NCBI GenBank assembly: GCA_963663405.2
Contig: CAXXSM010000003.1
Location: 1-42,116, forward strand
Source of the DNA: a bacterium
GTDB lineage: Bacteria; Hinthialibacterota; Hinthialibacteria; Hinthialibacterales; Hinthialibacteraceae
Reading direction: 5' to 3'
Length of the DNA stretch: 42,116 nucleotides
Shown piece after piece: positions 9,913 to 18,924 of this stretch (positions within the stretch are counted from its first letter, which is position 1; the number at the start of each line of letters is the position of its first letter). The position numbers and the translations under genes are program-made. The notes under the pieces were generated by a model, which had not been told where the DNA came from, did not search any database, and saw only the letters and a list, made by a program, of their open reading frames with translations.

Positions 9913-11001
9913 ATGCGTCCCCTTTTGATTTTAGGTATAATCCAATTCGGCGCGTTGATTCTATGCGTGAATCGATCCGCTGACGCGCAGACCACGCCTT
10001 CACTGCCGCCATCTGTGTTGAATTCCGAGTCGGACAATAATTCCTTGGGCGATATTCTCAAAACGGATCTGCTCAATCGCCTTCGGAAAACCGCCGAGGA
10101 GATCAACAAGCAATCTTCGAACAAAACACGAAAACCTCGCCCTGAATTGGGACAACGGCGCGGTGTGTTCGAACCGGTTGACCTATCCGAATACCTAGGG
10201 CCGGACGGGGATCAAGAAAAAGCATGGGACATTCTCGAAAAAAATGGAAAAGTGCCCCCGCGTTCGGTTTTCGAACCTCCCAGCGTTCCCCAAGACGCTA
10301 CATCCCCCATCCAGGATCTTTGGAAAGACGCGCCTTTAGAAAAACGAATGAATTACGTGGAAGACCTGATGAAACGGCGCAAGTATTATTCGGCGCAGAA
10401 TGAGCTCGATGAAATCCTTGAAACCGGTCTAAAAGGGGATGATCTTGTGAATGCGTTGGTGATGCGTGAAAAAGCGCTGTTTCATTTAAAACATGGGAAA
10501 ACGGTCGAGAGCGATTACTACCGTCTGAAAGCGTATTTCCCAGACGACAAACGTATCGATGAATTAAAAACCTATCTGGAGGACCAATCCGGCATCAAAC
10601 CGCTGCAAGACACCGTTCTCAAAAATCCCTCCAATTCTCAATCGCAGCGTTTATTGCTTGATCAATATATCAAACATCAATGGCTCGATTTCGCGGAGGA
10701 ATTTTTTGGCGTGACGATCAACGACACGTCCGAAGCCTCCATCCAGAGTCTGTCCGAGGTCTATTACCGGAAACAAGATCACCCTATGTTGATCGAACTA
10801 TCCCGCGCCGCCCAAAACCTCTTCCCTCATCAAGCAATCTATTATTACAACGAAGGCGCCGGTCTGTACGCAAAGGGAGATCCCGTCTCGCTTCATGAAG
10901 CGAAATCCGTTTTCGATCAAGCTTTCAAACTGGCCCGGCAAAAAGGTCTCCAAGAAAAGATCAATTGGTACCGTTCCCATCTTCCCTCCACAAAACGATA
11001 G
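9913..11001 (+). CDS. Exported TPR-like helical repeat protein
   Basis: Signal-like N-terminus (MRPLLILGIIQFGALIL...ADA), Pro-rich linker, TPR-like helices (AAQNLFP..AIYYYNEGAGLYAKG...AKSVFDQAFKL). Confidence 0.65.
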   Translation: MRPLLILGIIQFGALILCVNRSADAQTTPSLPPSVLNSESDNNSLGDILKTDLLNRLRKTAEEINKQSSNKTRKPRPELGQRRGVFEPVDLSEYLGPDGDQEKAWDILEKNGKVPPRSVFEPPSVPQDATSPIQDLWKDAPLEKRMNYVEDLMKRRKYYSAQNELDEILETGLKGDDLVNALVMREKALFHLKHGKTVESDYYRLKAYFPDDKRIDELKTYLEDQSGIKPLQDTVLKNPSNSQSQRLLLDQYIKHQWLDFAEEFFGVTINDTSEASIQSLSEVYYRKQDHPMLIELSRAAQNLFPHQAIYYYNEGAGLYAKGDPVSLHEAKSVFDQAFKLARQKGLQEKINWYRSHLPSTKR

Positions 11002-11022
11002 ATTCTAACACTTCTTTCTTCA

Positions 11023-11120
11023 TATAAACCAACATGATTGAGATCACAACTTGCAGATGAAAATGAGTTGCGGGAGAAATCGTGAACGAGAAAGTTTCGG
11101 AAACTCATTTTCATATAAAA
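11023..11120 (+). repeat. Dispersed palindromic intergenic repeat, copy 1 (58-bp core 11057-11114)
   Basis: 13-bp inverted arms ATGAAAATGAGTT/AACTCATTTTCAT. Core is 52/58 identical to copy 2 and 46/58 to copy 3 (manual alignment). Confidence 0.9.
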
Positions 11121-11200
11121 CACAAGATATTCCAGACAAACTTCATAAATCATCGATAGCCTGTACAATTTTACTATTCAACTAATACAAGGGGGCATCT

Positions 11201-11791
11201 ATGGACATAATACATATCCGGCAAGCGATTATTAGCGTATTTAACAAAGAGGGCGCCGCTGAACTCGGTCAAGTATTAACTGAAGGAGGCGCGCGTATTT
11301 TATCGACTGGTGGAACAGGAAGGGCGTTGAAACAAGCGGGGATTGCGTACCAGGAAGTGAGTGAATACACCGGTTCGCCTGAAATGCTGCAGGGACGCGT
11401 GAAAACCCTGCATCCAAAAATTCATGGTGGGCTTCTCTTCAAGCGGGAAGATCAATATCAAGTCGTCGAAGCGGAGCAATACGGGATCAAACCGATCGAT
11501 CTAGTCGCCGTCAATCTCTATCCCTTTGCCGCTACGATCGCCAAACCAGGGGTGACCATTGAGGAAGCGACCGAGAATATCGATATTGGGGGGCCGACAA
11601 TGATCCGCGCGGGTGCGAAAAATTTCGCGTCGGTCACGGTCGTAACGGATCCCAGTGACTATGAAGTGATTATGAGTGAATTCAAGAACAATGGGGGAGT
11701 CTGCTTGGCTACACGGCGCCGGTTGGCGGCGAAAGCTTTTGAGCACACCTCTGAATATGATCGAACCATTGCCCAGTATCTAGCCAAATAG
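11201..11791 (+). CDS. purH: IMP cyclohydrolase (N-terminal MGS-like domain of PurH only)
   Basis: AIISV, ILSTGGT, YTGSPEMLQGRVKTLHPKIHGG, VNLYPF, ENIDIGGPTMIRAGAKN, AF.HTSEYD. Stops at 196 aa with no AICAR transformylase domain. Confidence 0.88.
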   Translation: MDIIHIRQAIISVFNKEGAAELGQVLTEGGARILSTGGTGRALKQAGIAYQEVSEYTGSPEMLQGRVKTLHPKIHGGLLFKREDQYQVVEAEQYGIKPIDLVAVNLYPFAATIAKPGVTIEEATENIDIGGPTMIRAGAKNFASVTVVTDPSDYEVIMSEFKNNGGVCLATRRRLAAKAFEHTSEYDRTIAQYLAK

Positions 11792-11816
11792 ATTGATCCA
11801 ACAGGATAAAAAGGTC

Positions 11817-12242
11817 TTATTTCTCCACGGGAGAAACGGAACGGACAAGGTCACCCAGGGCGATGACCGAAGGGCTCTGGAAGCCGCTGATTTGATCCTG
11901 CCGAACGTTGAGATGATTTCTTTCAGACCTGCTTACGCCACCATGAGTACTCGACGTCTGCGCCAGGGTCGCCGATAGCACAGTTGTAGATTGACTGCCC
12001 TCTCTTTGCCGGGGCGTCAAGACGCTCATTTTTTCCTGTACGTTGTACGTTACCAATTCCGCCTTGATCAATTCCAATTTTCCTAACGATGCGTTCGAGG
12101 AAGGATCGAATATTTCTTCTCCCTCTTCATAGATGAAGAAATGGCTTCCCGGCGTGACTCCCTGCTCGTATCCCAGATTAACGATCACTCGCTGGTTATC
12201 CAAGATTCGTACGATTTTCCCGCGTAGATAGTTCTTTGTCAT
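11817..12242 (-). CDS. Small beta-barrel protein resembling the FlgT C-terminal domain
   Basis: GKIVRI...VIVNLGYEQGVTPGSHFFIY..GEEIFDPSSNASLG...IALGDLVR pattern. Confidence 0.6.
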   Translation of the reverse strand: MTKNYLRGKIVRILDNQRVIVNLGYEQGVTPGSHFFIYEEGEEIFDPSSNASLGKLELIKAELVTYNVQEKMSVLTPRQREGSQSTTVLSATLAQTSSTHGGVSRSERNHLNVRQDQISGFQSPSVIALGDLVRSVSPVEK

Positions 12243-12395
12243 GGCCTTATACTCCAAAGCCGGGAGCGTGTTTTTCTGCGCTCCCAGCGTTTTGAATCAA
12301 TGCTCCCCGTCTCCGGTTCGATTGACGCGGCGCAGCTGCGCATTGGTTTCTAATGTATAGTAAACGATTGCGCGGCGTTTCTATTTCATTTTTTT

Positions 12396-13889
12396 TTATC
12401 GTACCCGTTCCCAAACCGGTGGATAATAATCATCTTTTGATTTTCCCAGCACGACAGGAGTGATTCCGGCGATCTCGCAGAGATAGATTAACGACTGTAC
12501 ACAGTTTCCATCGACTCCCAGAACGTGATTGCAGGGGAATACGCTGACAAATTCCTCGAAATCACACTCTAATTTGGCGTGCACATGAGGCCATGTCGGA
12601 TCTGTCATCTCGTTCAATTTTTTCCGCTCCGCCTCGGATAATTTGACAGCCTCACCGCGCATGATGGTCATGAATGGTTTATCGTCCCACAATCCCAACC
12701 GGGCGAAAGTCATTTTGCCTGGTTTTGCGTCGAATTCGACGGATGCGCCGCCCGCTTTGAAATAGAATTCGAGGGCGGGGTGGAATGTGATATGCTTGTA
12801 ATTCTCTTCCGGGTTGGAACTGCGCGCGGCGTACCAGCTGGCATGGTTGCCGGAATTGCACCAATCCCAAAGATCGCGATCGGGATGATAGAGGCGCACG
12901 TCCATGAAGAGTGTGGGGAGCCCGCCGGTAACATATTTGAGCAATTGCATGGTGATCGCGGCGTAGGTGTCCGCCTCCGTCGAGCAAACCACCGGCTCCT
13001 TGGGGCCATTCCAGTCGTAGGGATCGTTCATCAACATTTCCGGCACATCACCGAGACAGACGTGTTCAGTCAATTCCCTCTGCCCTTTCAAGCCGCAGAA
13101 ATCGAAGCCCTTATCTTCATTCACCTCTTTCATCGCCAGATAGAGGCGGATCTGTGTTTCAAGCGTTTCTTCGGAAAGAATACGCCCGTCGTATTTCAGC
13201 CGATCGCCCAGCATCTTTTCAAACCATTTACGGCCTTTTTTCACTTCGTCCGGATCGACATTTTCCATGACTTTCACGAGCCATAACTGGTCGATCTGCC
13301 GGATCGTACAGCCCAGGCTTTTCAGCGTTGGAGTCAAATGAGGAAAGCCGGTTTCCATCCCCATCGAGTGCCCGCCATAACAACCGAAGACTTCATTGTG
13401 AATGACCGTCACGGCCTGGCTGGCGCGAATCCAGTTAAGTACCCGTTTCTGTGTTTTTTTGTCATCGATTGAACCGATGATGCGGTGAGTCCGTTTCCCG
13501 GCCTGCCGCAGCGCGCCGTCCGTCGCCAGAAGACCGACATTGCCCGGAAACTCGCCATTGTTGTTGGACAGGCTCAAGACCGGCACATCACCTATGCTGT
13601 TAAGAAAAGGCCAGCAGAGGAAAGGAAAATTCCAAACGTTGTACAGCATAATGACTTGCTTGCAATTGGCGCGGGATAGTTCTTCCCCTACTTTTTGCGC
13701 GCTTCGTGTACCAACAATAGTCTCACTGCCGGTAACTACTTCGGGCGCGCTGCCATCGAGATTTTTCATCTTTTTGCGGATGAAATCGGCCCACTCATTC
13801 ACGACCGCCATATTCGCTTCGTTGTTGATGGTATACACATGTTCGCGCTCATCATTGAGCATGGCAATTCCAATTGGGGTTGTTCTCAT
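12396..13889 (-). CDS. L-fucose/L-arabinose isomerase family protein
   Basis: GGHSMGM, GLKGQREL, STEAD, FMDVR, CNSG, GKMTFARL, TWPH and PCNH motifs of FucI-like isomerases. SD GGAGG upstream. Confidence 0.8.
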   Translation of the reverse strand: MRTTPIGIAMLNDEREHVYTINNEANMAVVNEWADFIRKKMKNLDGSAPEVVTGSETIVGTRSAQKVGEELSRANCKQVIMLYNVWNFPFLCWPFLNSIGDVPVLSLSNNNGEFPGNVGLLATDGALRQAGKRTHRIIGSIDDKKTQKRVLNWIRASQAVTVIHNEVFGCYGGHSMGMETGFPHLTPTLKSLGCTIRQIDQLWLVKVMENVDPDEVKKGRKWFEKMLGDRLKYDGRILSEETLETQIRLYLAMKEVNEDKGFDFCGLKGQRELTEHVCLGDVPEMLMNDPYDWNGPKEPVVCSTEADTYAAITMQLLKYVTGGLPTLFMDVRLYHPDRDLWDWCNSGNHASWYAARSSNPEENYKHITFHPALEFYFKAGGASVEFDAKPGKMTFARLGLWDDKPFMTIMRGEAVKLSEAERKKLNEMTDPTWPHVHAKLECDFEEFVSVFPCNHVLGVDGNCVQSLIYLCEIAGITPVVLGKSKDDYYPPVWERVR

Positions 13890-13938
13890 TGTCTTTCCTC
13901 CAAGAATCCGGACACGCCGGTATCACTTTTCTCATCCA

Positions 13939-14004
13939 GCAAATGAAAATGAATTGCGGTAGAAATCTTGAACGAGCAAGTCTCGGAAATTCATTTTCAT
14001 ATAA
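13939..14004 (+). repeat. Dispersed palindromic intergenic repeat, copy 2 (core 13943-14000)
   Basis: Arms ATGAAAATGAATT/AATTCATTTTCAT. Same orientation as copy 1, with a compensatory G-C to A-T change. Confidence 0.9.
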
Positions 14005-14181
14005 TAGTTTAAAGTGTGGTTAAATTTTTTAGATTTGTGAAGTCTAAACTCTTTATAAATCCATCAAAATTCTAGAATATTAAAAAGATTTCTTATTCCC
14101 TATCTTGTCTAGATTTCGCAGAACACGTGAATAGAAGGCGAGTGGAGCTAAAAACAATTGATGTCACTCTTGACATTCCTA

Positions 14182-14210
14182 TTGAATTTTTTCAAGGAAT
14201 TACATATAAT
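14182..14210 (+). promoter_or_regulatory. Sigma70-type promoter upstream of gyrA
   Basis: TTGAAT (14182-14187), 17-nt spacer, TATAAT (14205-14210). Confidence 0.55.
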
Positions 14211-14526
14211 AATGTTATGATTCCTTTATGGTTATGATTTTTTTCATAACTCTTCCCATATCAAAATTGGGAACGCGATGGGATGTTATGCTATTTTGAC
14301 GGTTGAGGACGATTCGCCTCTTATCTCTAACCGAAGCGTCTTCCTCCAATAATACTACGAAAAGTTTTTAATAACCAAAATATGAAAATGGTTGATGATT
14401 ATTAAATGTTGAACAGCGGACATTAAGAAATTGGACAGGCGGCGATCCCAGGCTGAATGACGGCCCCTCCCATCGCAATTGACTATCTCATGAATTTCTG
14501 CTCGCAGGTGATTTGGAGCGCATTGT

Positions 14527-17034
14527 ATGTATTCGCAGAACGAACGTATTAAACCGATTAATATTGAAGAAGAAATGAAGACATCGTATATCAGTTACGC
14601 GATGTCTGTTATCGTGCAACGAGCCTTACCCGATGTGCGTGATGGCCTGAAACCGGTTCACCGGCGAATTATCTACGCTATGAAGGGATTGGGCCTCGGC
14701 CATCGTTCTTCCTATAAGAAATCCGCCCGTATCGTGGGGGAAACGATGGGGAAATACCATCCCCATGGCGATTCGGCGATCTACGACACTCTCGTGCGGA
14801 TGGCGCAGGATTTTTCCTACCGTTATCCCCTCGTCGATGGACAGGGCAACTTCGGTTCGATCGACGGCGACAATCCCGCCGCCATGCGGTATACCGAAGC
14901 CCGCATGGACGCGATTTCGGAAACACTGCTGACCGATATCGAAAAAGAGACCGTCGATTTTATGCCCAACTTCGATGGGGAGCATATGGAACCCACCGTT
15001 CTCCCGGCGGAACTTCCTAATCTGCTCATCAATGGCTCTTCCGGGATCGCGGTCGGTATGGCCACGAATGTGCCCCCACACAATCTCAGCGAAGTAATCA
15101 GCGGCGTTATCGCCATGATCGATGATCCGGAAATCGACCTGCGCGGACTCATGGAACACATCCAAGGCCCCGATTTCCCCACAGCCGCCTGTATCTGTGG
15201 CCGCGCGGGAATCGCCGAGGCCTATGCGACCGGACGCGGGCGTGTGATCATGCGCGCCATTACTCATAAAGAGCAACTTTCAAAAGGGAAAGAGGCGATC
15301 GTCGTCACTCAGATCCCTTACATGGTCAACAAAGCTCGGCTGGTTGAAGAAATCGCCAACTTGGTGAAGCTGAAGAAAATTGAAGGCATCTCGGATCTGC
15401 GTGACGAATCGGATCGCGATGGAATGCGGATTGTAATCGAAATGAAGCGCGGGGAAAATCATGAAGTGATTTTAAACCAGCTCTTCAAACATTCGAAACT
15501 GCAATCCACCTTTGGTATCATTCTGCTTGCGCTTGTTAATAATCGCCCGCAGTATCTTACGCTTCATGAAATCATTTCGCACTTCATCGAACACCGCCGC
15601 GAGGTCATCGTTCGCCGGACGGAATACGATCTGCAAAAAGCGGAAGCCCGCGCGCATATTCTTGAAGGTCTTCGGATCGCGGTCGACAACATTGATGAAG
15701 TAATCGCTATAATCCGGGGTTCCCACAGCCGTGAACAAGCCATGGACGGCTTGATGACGAAGTTTGAATTGACTGAAATTCAGGCCAAAGCCATCCTTGA
15801 GATGCAACTACAGCGGTTGATCGGGCTGGAACGCGAAAAACTCGAAAACGAATACCAGCAATTGCTTAAAGATATCGAATACTACAAGAAAATTCTCAGC
15901 ACCCCCGAACTGGTTCTCTCCATCATGAAGGAGGAACTCCTCGAACTGAAAACGCGCTTTGGTGACAAACGGCGCACCCAGATTGTCTCGGACGCGGCGG
16001 ATCTGGAAATTGAAGACCTGATCGCCGAAGAGAATATGGTGGTCACGATTTCCCACACCGGTTATGTGAAACGAATCGCCACATCCGTCTACCGCCGGCA
16101 GATTCGAGGGGGCCGTGGCATTACCGCCATGAGCACCAAAGAAGAAGATTTCGTTGAGCAACTCTTCATCGCCTCGACACACCACTATCTGCTTTTCTTC
16201 ACGGATATGGGCCGGGTGCATTGGCTGAAAGTCTATGAGATCCCCCAGGCTGGAAGGGTTTCCAAAGGCAAAGCCATCGTCAACCTGCTGCAACTTGAAC
16301 GGGGAGAGAATGTCACCGCGATGGTGCCTGTCGCCGAGTTCGCTGAAGACCGCTATCTTATCATGGCGACGAAAAACGGGACGATTAAAAAGACGGATCT
16401 GAAAGCGTTTTCCAATCCAAGGAAAGGTGGGATCTACGCGATTACCCTCGATGAAGGCGATCGGCTCCTGAGTGTTTGGCTAACATCCGGCGACGATGAT
16501 ATCTTGCTGGCCACACGGAATGGCATGGCCATCCGCTTCTCTGAAAATGATGTCCGGTCGATGGGACGCGCGGCCCGTGGGGTTCGCGGGATTCGTCTTG
16601 ATGAAGGTGACAGCGTCATCGGTATGGTGATCTGCAAAGAAGACGCGTTTCTACTCACCGTCACTGAACACGGATATGGTAAGCGAACCGCCCTCTCACA
16701 ATACCGGAAAATCCGGCGCGGAGGAAAAGGCGTGATTGATATTCAAACCACGTCCCGTAACGGAAAAGTTCTGGGAATCCTGGAAGTGTTCGATGATGAT
16801 GAATTCATGATTATTACCAAGGGTGGTGTCGCGATCCGCATGAGCGTCAATGGAATCCGCCCGATCTCGCGCAATACACAGGGTGTGACGTTGATCCGTC
16901 TTGAAAAGGGTGATCAAGTCGGAGCGATTGGAAAACTCCCCGAAGCGAAAGAAGAAAAGAAAGTCAACGCAAACGGTGTCCAAAACGGTGAGGAAGAAGA
17001 AATAATAGAAAATCCAGAAAATTTAGAAGAATAA
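14527..17034 (+). CDS. gyrA: DNA gyrase subunit A
   Basis: [42 protein letters not shown] (catalytic Tyr), GyrA box QIRGGRG, beta-pinwheel repeats and acidic tail. Confidence 0.97.
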   Translation: MYSQNERIKPINIEEEMKTSYISYAMSVIVQRALPDVRDGLKPVHRRIIYAMKGLGLGHRSSYKKSARIVGETMGKYHPHGDSAIYDTLVRMAQDFSYRYPLVDGQGNFGSIDGDNPAAMRYTEARMDAISETLLTDIEKETVDFMPNFDGEHMEPTVLPAELPNLLINGSSGIAVGMATNVPPHNLSEVISGVIAMIDDPEIDLRGLMEHIQGPDFPTAACICGRAGIAEAYATGRGRVIMRAITHKEQLSKGKEAIVVTQIPYMVNKARLVEEIANLVKLKKIEGISDLRDESDRDGMRIVIEMKRGENHEVILNQLFKHSKLQSTFGIILLALVNNRPQYLTLHEIISHFIEHRREVIVRRTEYDLQKAEARAHILEGLRIAVDNIDEVIAIIRGSHSREQAMDGLMTKFELTEIQAKAILEMQLQRLIGLEREKLENEYQQLLKDIEYYKKILSTPELVLSIMKEELLELKTRFGDKRRTQIVSDAADLEIEDLIAEENMVVTISHTGYVKRIATSVYRRQIRGGRGITAMSTKEEDFVEQLFIASTHHYLLFFTDMGRVHWLKVYEIPQAGRVSKGKAIVNLLQLERGENVTAMVPVAEFAEDRYLIMATKNGTIKKTDLKAFSNPRKGGIYAITLDEGDRLLSVWLTSGDDDILLATRNGMAIRFSENDVRSMGRAARGVRGIRLDEGDSVIGMVICKEDAFLLTVTEHGYGKRTALSQYRKIRRGGKGVIDIQTTSRNGKVLGILEVFDDDEFMIITKGGVAIRMSVNGIRPISRNTQGVTLIRLEKGDQVGAIGKLPEAKEEKKVNANGVQNGEEEEIIENPENLEE

Positions 17035-17278
17035 CGAGCATTCAGAATAAGAATCAATCGATGTATTGGTTACAATCTGGATTTTATAAACTTATGGAGG
17101 AAGAATTTACCTGATTTATAGCTTTGGTTTGGAGTTTTGTTCCCGGTTCTTAAAATGAAACTCAAAATGAAAAATATATTTAAGTATAATAAAAACAAGT
17201 ATTTGAGAACAATAAGTCAAAGTTGGCATCCCTCTTGCTTTATTGCTTTACTGTCAGAAGCGATGAAAGGCAAGAAGG

Positions 17279-17593
17279 ATGAGACTTCTGGAATTCATCG
17301 ACTACACAATATCACCTGTACTAAAATTTTTAATCTGTGGAATACTCGCTCTGGCAATTTTTATCGTGCATTTCTGGGAGCCAAGACGGAAACGGAAACT
17401 GATAATCCCCAAAAACCAAGGGATTTTAAACGATTTGGAATTCGATCCAGCGGAATACTCACAGGATATGCGGTCACTGATTCCCGCTGAAGAAGAGACT
17501 CTCTTCGGCGCTCATAGCGAAACGCTGGAAGCATTAGATGACTATATCAAGGCGCTCAAGCGTCATCAAATTAATAGCATTGACGAAGTCTGA
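17279..17593 (+). CDS. Small single-pass membrane hypothetical protein
   Basis: 104 aa with one hydrophobic helix (FLICGILALAIFIVHFW) followed by RRKRK. Purine-rich sequence upstream. Confidence 0.6.
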   Translation: MRLLEFIDYTISPVLKFLICGILALAIFIVHFWEPRRKRKLIIPKNQGILNDLEFDPAEYSQDMRSLIPAEEETLFGAHSETLEALDDYIKALKRHQINSIDEV

Positions 17594-17729
17594 AAAGAGA
17601 CAGGAGAGTAAAGCAGTACCCTTTAACACGCGTCCACACGATGTGTGAGGAGCCTCGGACCTTCCTCCCTCAGCAAAACCGAACTCCTCCCTCATCGCCC
17701 TCAACCCTGGGGGCCTTTGTGCCCCGTTG

Positions 17730-17761
17730 GCGCCAGATGACCTCTGGCGCAATTTTTTTTT
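17730..17761 (+). terminator. Intrinsic terminator
   Basis: GCGCCAGA-tgacc-TCTGGCGC followed by AA and a T9 run. Confidence 0.75.
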
Positions 17762-17854
17762 ATATGAAAATAAGTCTCCAGAACTTTCTCATTCGTAAAC
17801 TCTTCCGCGACTCATTTTCATATGCAGTTGTGATCTCAATCATGATGATTTATA
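17758..17854 (-). repeat. Dispersed palindromic intergenic repeat, copy 3 (core 17764-17821), inverted relative to copies 1 and 2
   Basis: Same 58-bp core length. Also shares the exact 18-mer CATGATTGAGATCACAAC with copy 1 (11033-11050 vs reverse complement of 17827-17844). Confidence 0.9.
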
Positions 17855-18099
17855 AGGATGATTTATGAAAATAGCCATTTTTTCATTCCTTTCTAAACTT
17901 ATTATCACTTGCATCCTGTAGTCTCATTGATGAGGCTTTATTTTGGTAGTTTTTACTGTCATTAGATATCGGTTTCAGCACGTTAATCGTTATCTCTTTC
18001 CAAAACCGAACCTTAATTCAAAAAAATAATCTGTTACTCTTTGTAAATCTCTTTCGCTTGTTATAAACTAATAGATTCAATTGATTCACGAGGGATGAT

Positions 18100-18912
18100 A
18101 TGACTGAATGGCGTGTGTATGGATGCGGGTCGGCATCATCGAACCTTTCTTTGCAGACTAGTTATGAAATTGTTGATGGGGATTCGAATCTTCATATTGA
18201 CTTTGGCAACGGCGCCATCTATCAGCGCTGCCGCGCTGTTGGCGATATCAATCAAGTCCTGGATGATATCCAACACATCTTCATCACCCATTGTCATCCC
18301 GATCATTGCATTGAATTGACCCGCCATGCGGTCGCTTGGCGGTATACGCCTGGATACAGCCCCGGCAAGCCCGTGCATCTCTATGGCACAGAAACCACAT
18401 TGAACGCTGTCCGGAAGATGTTGGGCAATGGGGGGCTGGACCATATTTTTGATGAAGTCTATATCCCGCATGAAATCAAAGCCGGTAAATCTTTCCTGAT
18501 CGAGGATTTGACCATCACACCATTCAACGTGAAACATATCCCCGGCTCTGTCGGTTTGCGGATTGAGACCACCTCTGGACAGCGGATTGTGTTTACCGGT
18601 GACACGGGGCCTTTCGATGAATTGAGCGCCCAACTCGAAAACCTCGATCTTCTCATCGCAGAAGCGAGTTTCGCCGAAACGCAGCTGTTCATGCACCTCC
18701 GCATAGAAGAAACCGCGAAACTCGCCGGTGAAGTGAATCCAAACACTCTCTTACTCGTCCATTTTTATCCGGAAATTGAATGTAAACCGGTGGAGGAATT
18801 GCGGCAGGTTGTGTCGAAATACTATTCGGGCCCGCTCTTTCCCGCGCAGGATGGCCTCGCGCTTCGATGGAATGACGGCAAAAAGGAATGGATTCCATCA
18901 AGGATGTTTTGA
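18100..18912 (+). CDS. MBL-fold metallo-hydrolase (RNase Z/PhnP-like)
   Basis: GCGS, IDFG, ITHCHPDH (HxHxDH), VKH, FTGDT, LIAEA, MHL, LLLVH. Confidence 0.85.
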   Translation: MTEWRVYGCGSASSNLSLQTSYEIVDGDSNLHIDFGNGAIYQRCRAVGDINQVLDDIQHIFITHCHPDHCIELTRHAVAWRYTPGYSPGKPVHLYGTETTLNAVRKMLGNGGLDHIFDEVYIPHEIKAGKSFLIEDLTITPFNVKHIPGSVGLRIETTSGQRIVFTGDTGPFDELSAQLENLDLLIAEASFAETQLFMHLRIEETAKLAGEVNPNTLLLVHFYPEIECKPVEELRQVVSKYYSGPLFPAQDGLALRWNDGKKEWIPSRMF

Positions 18913-18924
18913 TGGGATAGATTT

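Noticed and set aside
11057-11114. Integron attC site
   Set aside because: No RYYYAAC/GTTRRRY ends, no integrase, and the flanking genes are housekeeping genes rather than cassettes.
13890-14526. Replication origin in the AT-rich gap before gyrA
   Set aside because: I saw only one imperfect DnaA-box-like 9-mer (TGTGGTTAA), and there is no dnaA or dnaN nearby.
17764-17868. Small peptide encoded by the palindromic repeat (MKISLQNFL...)
   Set aside because: No SD, differences between copies are mostly non-synonymous, and length and frame differ. Compensatory pairing explains the conservation better.
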